The notes: generated by a model not told the origin, from the letters alone. Shown: positions 8,821-20,297, counted from the first letter of the stretch. The stretch: 64,000 nt of DNA from an uncultured Anaerolineae bacterium (GCA_903822545.1 CAIJPN010000114.1:1-64000); one strand, 5' to 3'. A program made the numbers and translations.

Positions 8821-9492
8821 TCAAACCGTATCAAGCGTTTCGCGCATCCGCCAGGTGACAGCCGCCGCTACAAACAGCATCAGCAGGTAAACCGCCCCAA
8901 AAAGAGTCAGGAAGCCCTTTTGCATGATGTATGCCAACGGTGTAAAGACAACAAACAGGATGCCCAGAACCATCAACCAGATATTGAGCTTGCCCAGGAA
9001 GTCGATGTTTGTTTTATTTTTTCGGGCAGCCCGCCCCAGCGCCCAGAAAAACAGCGCCATGAACAAAAATTCCAGCGGATTCATCAGCGCTTCAAACCAA
9101 GTGGGAGGGGTAACCCCCTGCCAGAAATTGATCCAGATTGGCAGCGGCCACAAAACCGCAACACCGTTAAACCAGATGGCAAAATCCAGCAGGATATGCA
9201 TGATGATGCCCAATCCAAACCCCAGCCCAAAATTCTGCCAGCGCGCTTGTTTTTTAAGCTTCCCAATCCCCCAAAAGAGCAAGATTGCCGCCAATACAGT
9301 GAAGATAGAATGGGTAAATGTGCGATGCAGGCCCTCGGTGGGAAGTTTTGCCACCGTTGCCACTGCCACAGCGATGTTGTCAAAATCGGGGAAAAGATTG
9401 CCCAAAACCAGCCCGGGCATCAGCCACTCGGCTTTTGGGAGCCACCTGCGTACTGCCTGACCAACCAACGCGTGAATTCCAGCCTGTGCCAT
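8821..9492 (-). CDS. Membrane-bound metal-dependent hydrolase (YdjM/DUF457 family)
   Basis: 223 aa, polytopic; HSIFTV...HILLDF motifs typical of YdjM-like inner-membrane hydrolases; RBS AAGGAG. Confidence 0.6.
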   Translation of the reverse strand: MAQAGIHALVGQAVRRWLPKAEWLMPGLVLGNLFPDFDNIAVAVATVAKLPTEGLHRTFTHSIFTVLAAILLFWGIGKLKKQARWQNFGLGFGLGIIMHILLDFAIWFNGVAVLWPLPIWINFWQGVTPPTWFEALMNPLEFLFMALFFWALGRAARKNKTNIDFLGKLNIWLMVLGILFVVFTPLAYIMQKGFLTLFGAVYLLMLFVAAAVTWRMRETLDTV

Positions 9493-9767
9493 CGCCTGCT
9501 CCTTTGTAGGAAAAAACGGGATATCCTGTTATTAAGAACATCCAGGTATCGTTTTGGGTACGCTGGATGCAGTTTTGCGCCCAGACAGAAGTAAAAGGGC
9601 CAGGGGCTGCTCCAATCAGGCTGGAGCCAGGATGGAGAATCCGGCTTCAAGGAACACCATAAACACGTATAATTACAATGTTGGAATTATTTAAATACCC
9701 CCGTGATAAGGGTAGTGGTTAGCCATGCCTGTTGCACGGAGATGAAATCCCCATCAGGAGTCAACTC

Positions 9768-11030
9768 ATGTCCACAATTACTGAAGATACCCTGGCTGTC
9801 ATCCTGGGAGGCGGCCGAGGCGCGCGCCTGTACCCGCTTACCAAACCCCGCTCTAAACCGGCTGTGCCCATCGCTGGCAAATATCGCCTGATTGATGTGC
9901 CGATCAGCAACTGCATCAACTCGCGTATTTACCGCATTGCAGTGCTAACGCAGTTCCATTCGGTTTCACTGCACCGCCATATTACCAACACTTATCACTT
10001 TGACACCTTCCACGGCGGATGGGTACAAATTTTGGCCGCCGAGCAAACCCTGCAAAGCGATGACTGGTACCAGGGCACTGCCGATGCCGTCCGCAAACAA
10101 CTGCGCGAAATCCAGACCGCAGATGCCTCACATGTGCTCATCCTGGCAAGTGATCATATCTACCGCATGGATTACGCCGCCATGGCCGAATTCCACGTTG
10201 CCCGGAATGCCGATATAACGGTGGCTGTCCAGCCCGTACACAAAAAAGATGCCAGCCGTTTCGGAATCCTGAAAGTGGCCGAAGATGGGCGCATCTCCGC
10301 TTTTGTAGAAAAGCCCAAAGAAGCGGCTGTCCAGGCCCAATTCGTCAGCCGCAACGATCCCGAAAAGCCCTTCCTCGGCTCGATGGGCAATTACCTGTTC
10401 AAAACCGATGTGCTGATCGACCTGTTGACCAGCCATCCTGATCACAACGACTTTGGCACTGATGTCATCTCGAATGGCATTGGCACCCATGCGGTCTACG
10501 GATATAACTTTGAAGGGTACTGGCAGGATATTGGAACGATCCGCTCCTACTACGAAACCAACCTTGAACTGGCAACAGAGAAGTCACCCTTCAATTTTTA
10601 TGACCCGGAACTGCCCATCTACACCAATCGCCCGATCCTGCCCAGTTCACTGGTAGTGGATAGCAAACTGAAAGATGTGCTCATTTCAGATGGTTGCCGT
10701 GTCCAAAAAGCTGAGATCACCAACTCAGTGTTGGGGTTGCGCAGTGTAGTAGGCGCCGGCTCAAAAGTCATCAACAGCATCGTGCTGGGCGGCGATTATT
10801 ACGATGGCGCCACCCTGCGGCACGACGCCATCCCCATGGGCGTTGGAGCCAACTGCCACATTGAAGGCGCGATCCTCGATAAAAACGTGCGCATCGGTGA
10901 TGGGGTTATCATCAAACCCTTCCCGCGCGGCACCGATATCGACGCTGGGAGCTGGGTTGTCCAGGATGGAATTGTCGTCATCCCCAAAGATGTGACTCTC
11001 ATGCCTCGCACCAAAATCGCCCCCGAATAA
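9768..11030 (+). CDS. glgC: Glucose-1-phosphate adenylyltransferase
   Basis: LAVILGGGRGARLYPLTKPRSKPAVPIAGKYRLIDVPISNCINS..., the canonical GlgC N-terminus. RBS AGGAG 9 nt before ATG at 9768 (the track ORF starts upstream at a TTG). Confidence 0.9.
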   Translation: MSTITEDTLAVILGGGRGARLYPLTKPRSKPAVPIAGKYRLIDVPISNCINSRIYRIAVLTQFHSVSLHRHITNTYHFDTFHGGWVQILAAEQTLQSDDWYQGTADAVRKQLREIQTADASHVLILASDHIYRMDYAAMAEFHVARNADITVAVQPVHKKDASRFGILKVAEDGRISAFVEKPKEAAVQAQFVSRNDPEKPFLGSMGNYLFKTDVLIDLLTSHPDHNDFGTDVISNGIGTHAVYGYNFEGYWQDIGTIRSYYETNLELATEKSPFNFYDPELPIYTNRPILPSSLVVDSKLKDVLISDGCRVQKAEITNSVLGLRSVVGAGSKVINSIVLGGDYYDGATLRHDAIPMGVGANCHIEGAILDKNVRIGDGVIIKPFPRGTDIDAGSWVVQDGIVVIPKDVTLMPRTKIAPE

Positions 11031-11104
11031 AAAACACCCCTTCTCTCCCCGGCAATACCGGGGGCAGAAGGGAATTTTATCCCAACACACTTTGGAGAAT
11101 AGCA

Positions 11105-14044
11105 ATGTCTGATCAACAAAATAGCGCTGCCAGCCAAACCCCTGCATGGCACACCCTGTCACCCACAGATGTCTTGAAAGAACTTGGCGTGGCAGAAAAT
11201 GGCCTGGCATCTGGCGAAGCAAAAAACCGCAGCGAACAATATGGGTTGAACCAACTCACCGAAGCGCCGCGACCGGGTTTTCTGGCCCTGTTGTGGGAGC
11301 AGGTCAGCGACTTCGTAGTGATGCTGCTCATCATCTCAGCCGTCATTTCAGGCGTCATTGGCTGGAATGAATACTTAAAAACCGGTTCCACTGCCGAATT
11401 CATTGATGCAGGGGCCATTGTGGCTATCGTTGTGCTGAATGCCACCCTCGGCATCATCCAGGAACGCCGCGCCGAGGAGGCCCTGGCTGCGCTCAAAAAG
11501 CTGGCCGCTCCCGAAGCACAGGTATTACGCGATGGCAACCGCACCGTTATCCCGGCCCGCGAGCTGGTTCCGGGCGATATTGTTTTCCTCGAAGCCGGGA
11601 ATTTTGTCCCCGCCGACTTGCGCCTGCTTGAAGCGGTCAACCTGCGCGTGGAAGAAGCCTCGCTCACCGGGGAATCCCTGCCGGTGCAGAAAAATGCCAC
11701 CCTTCGGCTGGAACCCGGCGCCCCGCTAGGAGATCGCAAAAACACTGTTTTCATGGGAACCACCATTTCGTACGGACGCGGCAAAGGCGTCGTCACCAGT
11801 ATTGGGATGAGGACCCAGTTGGGGCTTATCGCCACCATGCTGCAAAATGTCGAGGCAGAAGAAACCCCACTTCAAAAACGCCTGGATGAGCTTGGAAAAA
11901 CACTCAGCATTGGCGCACTGCTGCTGGTGGCGGTTGTCTTCATGGTGGCGCTGTTCAACCGCACCGAAATAGGCATGTTATTAAGCCAGCCGCTCGAATA
12001 TTTTAGCGAATTTGCCAAGGAAATTACCGAAGTCTTTATGATCGCCGTCAGCCTGGCGATTGCCGCTGTGCCCGAAGGCTTGCCTGCCGTCGTTACCATC
12101 TCGCTGGCCCTGGGAATGCAGGAAATGATCAAGCGCCATGCGCTGATCCGCAAGCTGGCTTCGGTGGAAACGCTCGGCTCAGCCACCACCATCTGCTCAG
12201 ATAAGACCGGTACCCTGACCCAAAACGAAATGACAGTCACCCGGTTGTGGGCCGATCACCAGTTTATCGATGTGACCGGCACCGGTTATATCCCGCAAGG
12301 TGATTTCATGGTGGATGGGAAAAAAGTTGATATGCACAATTTCCCCGGAGCCATGACTACGCTCTGGCTGGGTGTCATCAATAACGATGCAGAAGTAGAG
12401 ATCAGCAAGGATGGTTCGCAGCGCTCCTACTCCATCATTGGCGACCCAACCGAAGCCGCCCTGCTGGTGGCTGCCGAAAAAGCCGGAGCTATTCACCACG
12501 ACCTGGATGCTGCCTACCCGCGCGAAAATGAAATCCCGTTTGATTCTGAACGCAAGCGCATGGTGACTGTTCACAGCATCGTCAAACCTGTGCATGATGA
12601 CCCCTCGCCCTTCTACAACAACCAGCACCTGGATTGGGATGTGATTGCCGTAAAAGGTGCGCCAGACGTGGTACTCAAGCTGTGCAGCCAATACCAGCGC
12701 ATGGATGATACGACTGCCCCCTTGACCGAGGAAATCCGAAAAAGCATTTTGGGCGCAAACGATGCCATGACCAAAGACGCCCTGCGCGTGCTGGGTGTGG
12801 CCTACCGCATCGAAAAAGATGTTCCCGATAACGAACTGCGCGCCGAAGATGTGGAGCGCGAACTGGTTTTTGTAGGGCTGCTGGGGATGATTGACCCCGC
12901 CCGCGAAGAAGTCAAAACTGCGCTGGCCGTTGCCCGCCGCGCCGGGATCCGCACAGTGATGATCACAGGCGATTTCCCGAACACCGCCCGCGCCATCGCA
13001 GAAACCATCGGCTTGCTGCGCCCCGGAAAAGGCGTAATGACCGGCGCGGAACTGGATGCAATCAACGATGATAAGCTGAAAAGCATCATCGAAGACACCG
13101 ATGTGTTTGCGCGTGTTTCACCCGAACACAAAATGCGCATTGTGGATGCCCTGCAAGCCAACGATGAAGTCGTCGCCATGACCGGCGACGGTGTCAACGA
13201 TGCCCCAGCCATCAAACGCGCCGACATCGGCGTAGCCATGGGTATCACGGGCACCGATGTTGCCAAAGAAACCGCCGATATGGTATTGACTGATGATAAC
13301 TATGCCAGTATCGTCTCGGCTGTTGAACAGGGACGCATTATCTACGGCAACATCCGCAAGTTTGTATTCTTCCTGCTTTCGAGTAATGTGGCCGAGATTA
13401 TGATCATCTTCCTGGCTACGCTGGCCGGGTTGCCCGCCCCGTTGACCGCCATCCAACTGCTGTGGCTCAACCTGGTGACAGATGGCGCGCCTGCGCTGGC
13501 GCTCGCCATGGAAAAAGGCGATCCAGATATTATGGAACGCCATCCACGCCCCAAGAACGAACCCATCATCAACGGGCCGATGCGCCTGGGCATTTTCATC
13601 CAGACCATCATGCAGACCGGAGCCGTGCTGACAGCCTTCACCCTGGGTCTGATGTGGCATCTCGAAGCCGGGGCAATCATCCCAGATGGGGTCAACCCAT
13701 TCCTGTACATTTTCCAGCACAACTGGCGCGGCGTAGATGTGCAAACCGCTGAAACAATGGCCTTCCTGACCCTTTCGCTGGCCGAACTTTTCCGCGCATA
13801 CACAGTCCGTTCGGAGCGCGCTTCGCTCTTCACAATCGGCGTATTCTCGAACAAGTATATGCAGTACGCAGTCGGCGTATCCATTACACTGCTATTACTA
13901 ACCACACTGGTACCTTTCTTACAGCCCATCTTCAATACTCATATGCCTACCCCAACCGAATGGGCAACTGTCCTGGTACTGGCACTGATGCCCGCTGTCG
14001 CCGAAGAAGTCACCAAATTCTTCCTGCGCCGCCAGCCCGCATAA
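11105..14044 (+). CDS. P-type IIA cation (Ca2+)-transporting ATPase
   Basis: 979 aa; DKTGTLT phosphorylation motif, [21 protein letters not shown] hinge motif, 10 TM architecture. Confidence 0.9.
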   Translation: MSDQQNSAASQTPAWHTLSPTDVLKELGVAENGLASGEAKNRSEQYGLNQLTEAPRPGFLALLWEQVSDFVVMLLIISAVISGVIGWNEYLKTGSTAEFIDAGAIVAIVVLNATLGIIQERRAEEALAALKKLAAPEAQVLRDGNRTVIPARELVPGDIVFLEAGNFVPADLRLLEAVNLRVEEASLTGESLPVQKNATLRLEPGAPLGDRKNTVFMGTTISYGRGKGVVTSIGMRTQLGLIATMLQNVEAEETPLQKRLDELGKTLSIGALLLVAVVFMVALFNRTEIGMLLSQPLEYFSEFAKEITEVFMIAVSLAIAAVPEGLPAVVTISLALGMQEMIKRHALIRKLASVETLGSATTICSDKTGTLTQNEMTVTRLWADHQFIDVTGTGYIPQGDFMVDGKKVDMHNFPGAMTTLWLGVINNDAEVEISKDGSQRSYSIIGDPTEAALLVAAEKAGAIHHDLDAAYPRENEIPFDSERKRMVTVHSIVKPVHDDPSPFYNNQHLDWDVIAVKGAPDVVLKLCSQYQRMDDTTAPLTEEIRKSILGANDAMTKDALRVLGVAYRIEKDVPDNELRAEDVERELVFVGLLGMIDPAREEVKTALAVARRAGIRTVMITGDFPNTARAIAETIGLLRPGKGVMTGAELDAINDDKLKSIIEDTDVFARVSPEHKMRIVDALQANDEVVAMTGDGVNDAPAIKRADIGVAMGITGTDVAKETADMVLTDDNYASIVSAVEQGRIIYGNIRKFVFFLLSSNVAEIMIIFLATLAGLPAPLTAIQLLWLNLVTDGAPALALAMEKGDPDIMERHPRPKNEPIINGPMRLGIFIQTIMQTGAVLTAFTLGLMWHLEAGAIIPDGVNPFLYIFQHNWRGVDVQTAETMAFLTLSLAELFRAYTVRSERASLFTIGVFSNKYMQYAVGVSITLLLLTTLVPFLQPIFNTHMPTPTEWATVLVLALMPAVAEEVTKFFLRRQPA

Positions 14045-14155
14045 AATACCCACGGGCAAGGATGAGCTTCCTGCAATGAGAAAAAACGCATCTCGCACAC
14101 TGCACAGGTAATTCCTTGCACCCCCAGCAAGAACAAAGATGCGCCCAAACCACCC

Positions 14156-14196
14156 CATCGCCCCGCCACCCCAAGTGACGGGGCGATGATTTTATA
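14156..14196 (+). terminator. Intrinsic terminator
   Basis: CATCGCCCCG-ccaccccaagtga-CGGGGCGATG followed by ATTTTAT. Confidence 0.5.
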
Positions 14197-14364
14197 TCGA
14201 CGCAAGAAAACCTGAAGCGGTCAGGCCAAAGAATTCTCAGTGGATGAGACGAGCATGGCAGCGAATTCACCCATGCTCCAGATTGCCCGGAAATACATCA
14301 AAAGCACTCACTTTATCTTCGCAGCAGGTATACTTTGCCGCAACCTGACCCACACGGAGCATCC

Positions 14365-14688
14365 ATGCCAGATTGGAAAATACTTTTTGATGACGAAATG
14401 GAACGCGCCCGCGCCGCCCGAGATCGCAAAAACGAAGGCCAGGCACGCGTTTGCGCCCGCCGCGCTGCGGGAATTATCCTGCGCGAATATTTTTCCCGGC
14501 AAGGGATCACATCCCGCAGCCCCAGCGCTTATGATATGCTCAATCTCTTCCTGCAGCTGCCAGATAGCCCATCCCGCGCCCGGCAAGCCGCCGAAAATCT
14601 CGTGCTGCGCGTCACCGAAGAGTTCAAACTCCCTGTGGATGTTGACCTGCTAGAAGAAGCCCAGGCGTTGCTGCCACTCCTCGAATAA
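14365..14688 (+). CDS. Hypothetical small protein (107 aa), monocistronic
   Basis: ORF with RBS GGAG; sits between the 14156 terminator and the 14699 terminator; no recognisable domain. Confidence 0.5.
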   Translation: MPDWKILFDDEMERARAARDRKNEGQARVCARRAAGIILREYFSRQGITSRSPSAYDMLNLFLQLPDSPSRARQAAENLVLRVTEEFKLPVDVDLLEEAQALLPLLE

Positions 14689-14698
14689 CCAAAAAAAA

Positions 14699-14724
14699 CG
14701 GCCCGGATGGGCCGTTTTTTTATT
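14699..14724. terminator. Bidirectional terminator
   Basis: AAAAAAAA-CGGCCC-ggat-GGGCCG-TTTTTTTATT. Confidence 0.7.
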
Positions 14725-14736
14725 CCAAATGAGCTA

Positions 14737-15006
14737 TTATACCTGGCTGGATGATTTTCCCATCAGGTAATACAGCGCCCGCGACACCGTTACAATCAGC
14801 ACCAGCGCCGAAAGCACACTGCCCAGGATGATCAGCAGCGTATTCGTGTTGCTGGCGCGCCGGATGGCAACCGCCGGGGAAGAAAATTTGATACGGTGTT
14901 CCACCGTCTTCACAAACTCACGGGATGGTTTAACCGGTTTGAAGGCAGCCTGCAACTGGGCTTCAACAGATTCAAGTTGGGATGAAAAAGAATTTCTCAG
15001 GTTCAT
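14737..15006 (-). CDS. Small membrane protein (89 aa, one C-terminal TM), hypothetical
   Basis: Last gene of the sigma-DegV operon (4-nt gap to DegV); hydrophobic segment LLIILGSVLSALVLIVTV. Confidence 0.5.
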   Translation of the reverse strand: MNLRNSFSSQLESVEAQLQAAFKPVKPSREFVKTVEHRIKFSSPAVAIRRASNTNTLLIILGSVLSALVLIVTVSRALYYLMGKSSSQV

Positions 15007-15009
15007 AGA

Positions 15010-15852
15010 TCACTCTACCGGATAAAAAACAATGCCAACCGTGCCGGGGCCAAGATTGGCCGCAATCGAAATCGTCAGGTCGGTCAAGATCAGCTCTTTT
15101 ATATTGAATTCCTTGCGGACACGTTCCATCAAGTCCTTGCCCGCAACCAGGTCACGCGCATGGACAACAGCAATGTTCGCTAACTGGTTGCCCAGCCGCT
15201 CCTTCACCATCTGCACCAGCCTGTCGAGCGAAGCCCGGCGCGTGCGCACCCGCTCCGACATATCCAGGCGGCCATCCTTCAACACCACAATCGGCTTCAC
15301 ATTCAACGCCGATGCGATGGCCGCTTGCAGCGTCCCCACCCGCCCGCTCATACGCGCATACTCCAATGTATCCAGCGCCAGGATGACACCGATCTTCCCG
15401 CGCAATTCGGTCAACTTCTTTACAATGTCTTCAACTGCCAGCCCGGCGCGCTCCAAAACCCGCACTTCGCGGCACAAAAAACCGATCCCCGAAGAACCAC
15501 AGGCTGAGTCGAATGGGATGACCTTGAAAGTGCCCACCAATTCACGCGCCGCCGCAACCGCCGAGTCAAACGTCCCGGATAATTTGCTGGTCACATGAAT
15601 GGAGATGATCGTATCACCTGGCTGCGCAATACGGCGATAAAACTCCACAAACTGGTGCGGCGAAGGTTGCGAAGTCTTCGGCACCTTACCAGTTTCATCC
15701 ACCAACCGATAAAAACCATCCGTATCCAGGTCCACGCCCTGCAAAAAGGTTTTTTCGCCAAAATGAATATTGATCGGCACTACCTGGATGCCAAACTCCG
15801 ACTTCCACTCTTCTGGCAGGTCGGCAGCGCCATCTGTCACAATCCTTAACAT
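15010..15852 (-). CDS. DegV-family fatty-acid-binding protein
   Basis: 280 aa; DegV hallmarks (MLRIVTDGAADLP..., ...TSQPSP..., ...HVTSKLSGTF...). Confidence 0.85.
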   Translation of the reverse strand: MLRIVTDGAADLPEEWKSEFGIQVVPINIHFGEKTFLQGVDLDTDGFYRLVDETGKVPKTSQPSPHQFVEFYRRIAQPGDTIISIHVTSKLSGTFDSAVAAARELVGTFKVIPFDSACGSSGIGFLCREVRVLERAGLAVEDIVKKLTELRGKIGVILALDTLEYARMSGRVGTLQAAIASALNVKPIVVLKDGRLDMSERVRTRRASLDRLVQMVKERLGNQLANIAVVHARDLVAGKDLMERVRKEFNIKELILTDLTISIAANLGPGTVGIVFYPVE

Positions 15853-15864
15853 CTAAAGCTCCTC

Positions 15865-16425
15865 TCACTCTGCATACTCGCCCGAATCGCCAACCTGGTC
15901 GCGCAGTGCCAGCAAGGTGCGGTGATACAAACTCTTCACAGCGCCCTCACTGCGCCCCATGATCTCACCAATCTCAGCGTTCGACATGTGTTCTACAAAC
16001 TTCAAAATCAGCAGCGTCTGGCGCTCCGGCGGCAACGAACGAATCAGGCTCAAAAGAGACTCCTGCTGCTGTGTATGCACAATACTGCTTTCAGGATGAT
16101 TGCCCTTCGACACCAATGGCGCATCTGAAAGCGGGATTTCCTGCCTGCGACTGCGATCGCGATGCCAGTTCGCCACCAGGTTGTGCGCGATCCGGTATAA
16201 CCAGGCTGAAAAGGGCACGCCCCGATCGGTATAATTCACAATATGGTTCATCGCCCGCTGGAAAACGCGCGCCGTCAGGTCTTCTGCATCGTTGGTGTTG
16301 CCGGTTCGGTAATAAATATAGTTATAGATTCGGTCAACATAACGTTCGTAAATCATCCCAAACGCATCACGATCGCCGCGCGAGGCCATCACCAGCACTT
16401 CTTCGTCGGTATAAACAGATTCCAC
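15865..16425 (-). CDS. ECF-type RNA polymerase sigma factor (sigma-70 family)
   Basis: Region 2 (YERYVDRIYNYIYYRTGNTNDAEDLTARVF) and region 4 (LPPERQTLLILKFVEHMSNAEIGEIMGRSEGAVKSLYHR). Confidence 0.85.
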   Translation of the reverse strand: MESVYTDEEVLVMASRGDRDAFGMIYERYVDRIYNYIYYRTGNTNDAEDLTARVFQRAMNHIVNYTDRGVPFSAWLYRIAHNLVANWHRDRSRRQEIPLSDAPLVSKGNHPESSIVHTQQQESLLSLIRSLPPERQTLLILKFVEHMSNAEIGEIMGRSEGAVKSLYHRTLLALRDQVGDSGEYAE

Positions 16426-16680
16426 CAGGTTAGCATCCTACCGGCGGTTTAACAAAAATAACCCCGCCGGATTTGAGAAGTTTCATCATAAAAGTATATC
16501 ATTTCGCTTTGGAAAATGAGACCGGGATCAACCAGCCCCACGAACTCCTGGCGAATTCACCGCCCTGTGGCAGTTTTGCAAAAAACCAGGAATTCCCATT
16601 GGGCCAAGAGTTGGAATAATTCATCTATTTGGGAGTATCATAAGCCCTGAAAATAAATTTACCAGAGAGGAGCATCCCCC

Positions 16681-17556
16681 ATGCGAGATTTGACAAATGA
16701 AATCCTTGAATTAATCCGGCGCACATCCAGCAGCCTGCCGCCGGACGTGGAAAAAAAGCTGCGCGAATCTGTGGAGCGAGAAACCCCCGGCTCGGCAGCG
16801 CGCGGCGCGTTGGAAACGATCCTTAAAAATGTGGAACTTTCCCGCGCCCAGTCTACCCCAATTTGCCAGGATACCGGCACCCCCATCTTCTACGTGCACT
16901 ACCCCGAAGGCTGGAGTACGCGCAAACTCAAAGAGCAGATTCGTGCGGCAATGGTAGAAGCCACAAAAAAGTCGTATATGCGCCCCAATGCGGTAGATTC
17001 GATCTATGACAAGAACAGCGGCAATAACCTGGGCGGGGAGGATTTCCCGTCGGTGCATTTTGAAGAAGTTGATGCGGATGAACCACTTGTGATTGAGTTA
17101 ATGCTCAAGGGTGGCGGATGCGAAAATGTGGGGGCCCAGTATTCCCTGCCCGATAATCGTCTCGGCGCGGGGCGCGACCTGGCCGGGGTGCGGAAAGTGG
17201 TTCTCGATGCAGTTCAAAAGGCCCAGGGCCAGGGATGTGCTCCGGGTGTACTCGGCGTCTCCATCGGTGGCGACCGCGGGTCAGCTTACATCAAATCCAA
17301 AGAAGTTTTATTTAGTGAAATGGGCACGCGCAACACAGACCCGAAACTGGCTGAACTGGAAGAGCGCCTGACGCACGAGGCCAACACGCTCGGCATCGGC
17401 CCGATGGGTTTTGGCGGCCAGACTACGGTGCTGGATACAAAAATCACCGGAATGCACCGCCTGCCTGCCAGTTATTTTGTCTCGGTATCGTATATGTGTT
17501 GGGCATACCGCCGCCGTAAGATGACGGTGACGGGTGTGGATGTGGTTTACGAATGA
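16681..17556 (+). CDS. Class I fumarate hydratase / L(+)-tartrate dehydratase, alpha (Fe-S) subunit
   Basis: 291 aa; fumarate hydratase class I N-terminal catalytic region with conserved Cys residues (...ICQDTGTPIFYVH...GGGCEN...); RBS GAGGAG. Confidence 0.8.
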   Translation: MRDLTNEILELIRRTSSSLPPDVEKKLRESVERETPGSAARGALETILKNVELSRAQSTPICQDTGTPIFYVHYPEGWSTRKLKEQIRAAMVEATKKSYMRPNAVDSIYDKNSGNNLGGEDFPSVHFEEVDADEPLVIELMLKGGGCENVGAQYSLPDNRLGAGRDLAGVRKVVLDAVQKAQGQGCAPGVLGVSIGGDRGSAYIKSKEVLFSEMGTRNTDPKLAELEERLTHEANTLGIGPMGFGGQTTVLDTKITGMHRLPASYFVSVSYMCWAYRRRKMTVTGVDVVYE

Positions 17557-17565
17557 GGAGATAAA

Positions 17566-18193
17566 CATGCGCGAAATAACAATCCCCATCAGTGATGATG
17601 ACATTCGCAGCTTGAAAGTGGGCGAGCCTGTGTTGTTGAGCGGCATTATGGTCACTGGACGCGATGCGGCTCATAAGTGGATGATGGAAACGTTCATCAA
17701 AAAGACCCGCGAACCGCAAGGCGAGGACCTGGCAGTATATGATGAATTGAAGAAATTGCTCAACGGCGCGGTAATCTATCATTGCGGGCCGGTGGTGAGT
17801 GGGCTGGATACCAAAAACTATAAGTTTGTGGCCGCCGGGCCGACCACCAGCATCCGCGAGGAGCCATACCAGGCCGCTGTGATGAAGCATTTTAACGTTA
17901 AGGGTGTGATCGGCAAGGGCGGTATGGGTGCGAAAACGCTGCAAGGCTGCGCGGAAACTCCTGGCGTGTATTTCCACGCAATTGGCGGCGCCGCATCGTA
18001 TATTGCCCAGCAAGTGGTCAGGGTGCTGGGCGTTTACAAGTTGGATTTTGGCGTGCCTGAAGCCATGTGGGTGATCGAGGTTAAGGATTTCCCGGTAGTG
18101 GTTACGATGGATAGTCACGGGGGCAGCCAGCATGTTGTGGTCGACGACAACTCAAGGAAGGCGCTGGATGAACTGCTGGCACAGCCATATTAG
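17566..18193 (+). CDS. Class I fumarate hydratase / tartrate dehydratase, beta subunit
   Basis: 209 aa from MREITIPIS (RBS GAGGAG); Fumerase_C-like (...IYHCGPVVSG...KGVIGKGGMG...). Confidence 0.8.
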
Positions 18194-18404
18194 CCAGGCT
18201 CGTTTTTGATTATACAAGGCTTTCTTGCAGGCACGGTGTATGGCAGCACTCTTAAATCAACCCGCCTGGTGTAACACGCCCTTGCACAGATTAACTTTAG
18301 AAAGCCCTGTTCATTTTCGCATTTTCGCAATTTTGTTGCATACAGACTAAAATATTTCTATAATGGATGAACGTAAAATTACATCATTCCCCTTTGGAGG
18401 CTTT

Positions 18405-20297
18405 ATGGCAAAACAAGCTACACTAAAACAACGCATGCAATATATGTTTGATAATGTCATGGCGGCTGGCACCCCGGCGATGATTGGCATGTTGGTGCTG
18501 TTCTCCCTTGTAATTATCGTTGTTGCAGGTGTCATTATTTCCATTGCAGGCATTTCTCAAGATGGCGAACCGCTTACCTTCAGCGAAGCCGCCTGGGAAG
18601 CCATGATGCGCACTCTCGATGCAGGCACGATGGGTGGCGACACCGGTTTCGGATATCGCCTGGTAATGTTTGCGGTTACGATCGGCGGTGTGTTCATCGT
18701 ATCGAGCCTGATCGGCGTACTCAGCTCGGGCGTGGAATCTAAACTTGAAGAACTACGCAAGGGCCGCTCGGTAGTGCTCGAGAACAAACACACCGTCATC
18801 CTGGGGTGGTCTCCCCACGTTTTCACCATCATCACAGAACTGGTGGAGGCCAACTCCAACCAGAAAAACGCGGCCATTGCCATTTTGGCAGATAAAGACA
18901 AAGTGGAAATGGAAGATGAAATCCGCGCACGCGTGCCAGAGACCAAAACCACCCGTGTCATCTGCCGCTCCGGTTCGCCCATCGACCCCACCGATCTGGC
19001 CATTGTCAGCTTACACGATGCCCGCTCCATCATTGTACTACCCGCAGAAGATGATGACCCCGATTCTTTCGTTATCAAAACCATTCTGGCAATCACCAAC
19101 GATCCCAACCGCCGCGAAGCCCCCTATACCATCGTAACCCAGCTTCATGATGAGCAGAACCTGAGCGTGGTTCGCATGATCGGGCAGCGCGACAATGTCA
19201 GCGCATTGCTGACCAGTGAGTTGATCGCACGGGTTACCGCCCAAACCAGCCGCCAGTCAGGGCTGTCTGTGGTTTACACAGAGTTGTTGGACTTCGGCGG
19301 CGATGAAATCTACTTCAAAAAAGAAGATACCATCACCGGGAAAACCTTCGGCGATGTGCTCAACGCCTACGCCACATCCACCGTCATTGGGATTTTCACC
19401 GCCGATGGAAAAACCATGCTCAACCCGCCGATGGATACCAAAATGGGGGCTGGAGATAAACTGGTCGTAATCGCCGCGGATGATGATGCCATCCATCTCA
19501 ATAGTGAGAAACCCGCTGTTGTTGAAAGTTCGATCGTTACAGCCAAATCAGCCGCCACATCCGCGCCCGAACGCGGCCTGATTCTGGATTGGAACGCCAG
19601 TGCGCCTACAATTATTCGCGAGTTGGATAATTACGTGGCAAAAGGCTCCACTGTTACCGTGGTGGCCGATGAAAGTTTTGAGGGCGAAGCCCAGTCACTG
19701 GGCGAACTCGCCAACCAGCAGCTTATCTTCCAGGCCGGTAACACCACCAACCGCCAACTGCTCGATGGGTTAAACATTCAAGATTACGATCATGTCATCG
19801 TGTTGGCCGATACAAACCTGGGCACGCAAAAAGCAGATGCCCGCACCCTGGTCACACTGCTGCACCTGCGCGACATCGCCGAAAAGGATGAAACGCCTTT
19901 CTCGATCGTAAGCGAAATGCTGGACCTGCGCAACCGCAAACTGGCCGAAGTTGCCAACGTGGATGATTTTATCGTTAGCGACCATCTCATCAGCTTGATG
20001 GTAACCCAGTTGAGCGAGAACAGCGACCTGCACGATGTCTTTACCGACCTGTTCGATCCAGAAGGTTCAGAGATTTATCTCAAACCGGCAACAGATTACG
20101 TAATGACAGGTCAGGCTGTGAACTTCTTTACTATAACGGAAGCAGCCCGCCGCCGGGGAGAAACTGCACTTGGGTACCGGATCACAGCCGAGGCGCGGGA
20201 TCAATCAAAATCATACGGTGTCCGCACCAATCCCAAAAAATCTGATATGGTAACTTTTGCCCCGGAAGACAAGGTAATTGTCCTGTCTGAGGGTTAG
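18405..20297 (+). CDS. CASTOR/POLLUX (DMI1)-like cation channel with tandem RCK domains
   Basis: N-terminal 2-TM pore module with a non-canonical filter (LDAGTMGGDTG, cf. ADAGNHA of CASTOR), then two RCK/TrkA-N-like domains (VILGWSPH..., LILDWNASAPTII...). RBS GGAGG. Confidence 0.65.
   Translation: MAKQATLKQRMQYMFDNVMAAGTPAMIGMLVLFSLVIIVVAGVIISIAGISQDGEPLTFSEAAWEAMMRTLDAGTMGGDTGFGYRLVMFAVTIGGVFIVSSLIGVLSSGVESKLEELRKGRSVVLENKHTVILGWSPHVFTIITELVEANSNQKNAAIAILADKDKVEMEDEIRARVPETKTTRVICRSGSPIDPTDLAIVSLHDARSIIVLPAEDDDPDSFVIKTILAITNDPNRREAPYTIVTQLHDEQNLSVVRMIGQRDNVSALLTSELIARVTAQTSRQSGLSVVYTELLDFGGDEIYFKKEDTITGKTFGDVLNAYATSTVIGIFTADGKTMLNPPMDTKMGAGDKLVVIAADDDAIHLNSEKPAVVESSIVTAKSAATSAPERGLILDWNASAPTIIRELDNYVAKGSTVTVVADESFEGEAQSLGELANQQLIFQAGNTTNRQLLDGLNIQDYDHVIVLADTNLGTQKADARTLVTLLHLRDIAEKDETPFSIVSEMLDLRNRKLAEVANVDDFIVSDHLISLMVTQLSENSDLHDVFTDLFDPEGSEIYLKPATDYVMTGQAVNFFTITEAARRRGETALGYRITAEARDQSKSYGVRTNPKKSDMVTFAPEDKVIVLSEG

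Noticed and set aside
8284-9594. 436-aa plus-strand ORF
   Set aside because: Overlaps the 5' end of the hydrolase gene and the entire YdjM-like gene on the opposite strand; Arg/Gln/Pro-rich, non-protein-like composition, no RBS.
9493-9731. LexA/SOS box upstream of the YdjM-like gene (ydjM is SOS-regulated in Bacillus)
   Set aside because: No CGAAC-N4-GTTCG-type palindrome is present, only a partial GAACAT without its partner half-site.
11113-11838. 241-aa minus-strand ORF, and 12802-13935 antisense ORFs
   Set aside because: Antisense to the well-supported P-type ATPase gene.
17444-18133. 229-aa minus-strand ORF
   Set aside because: Antisense to the fumarase beta-subunit gene.
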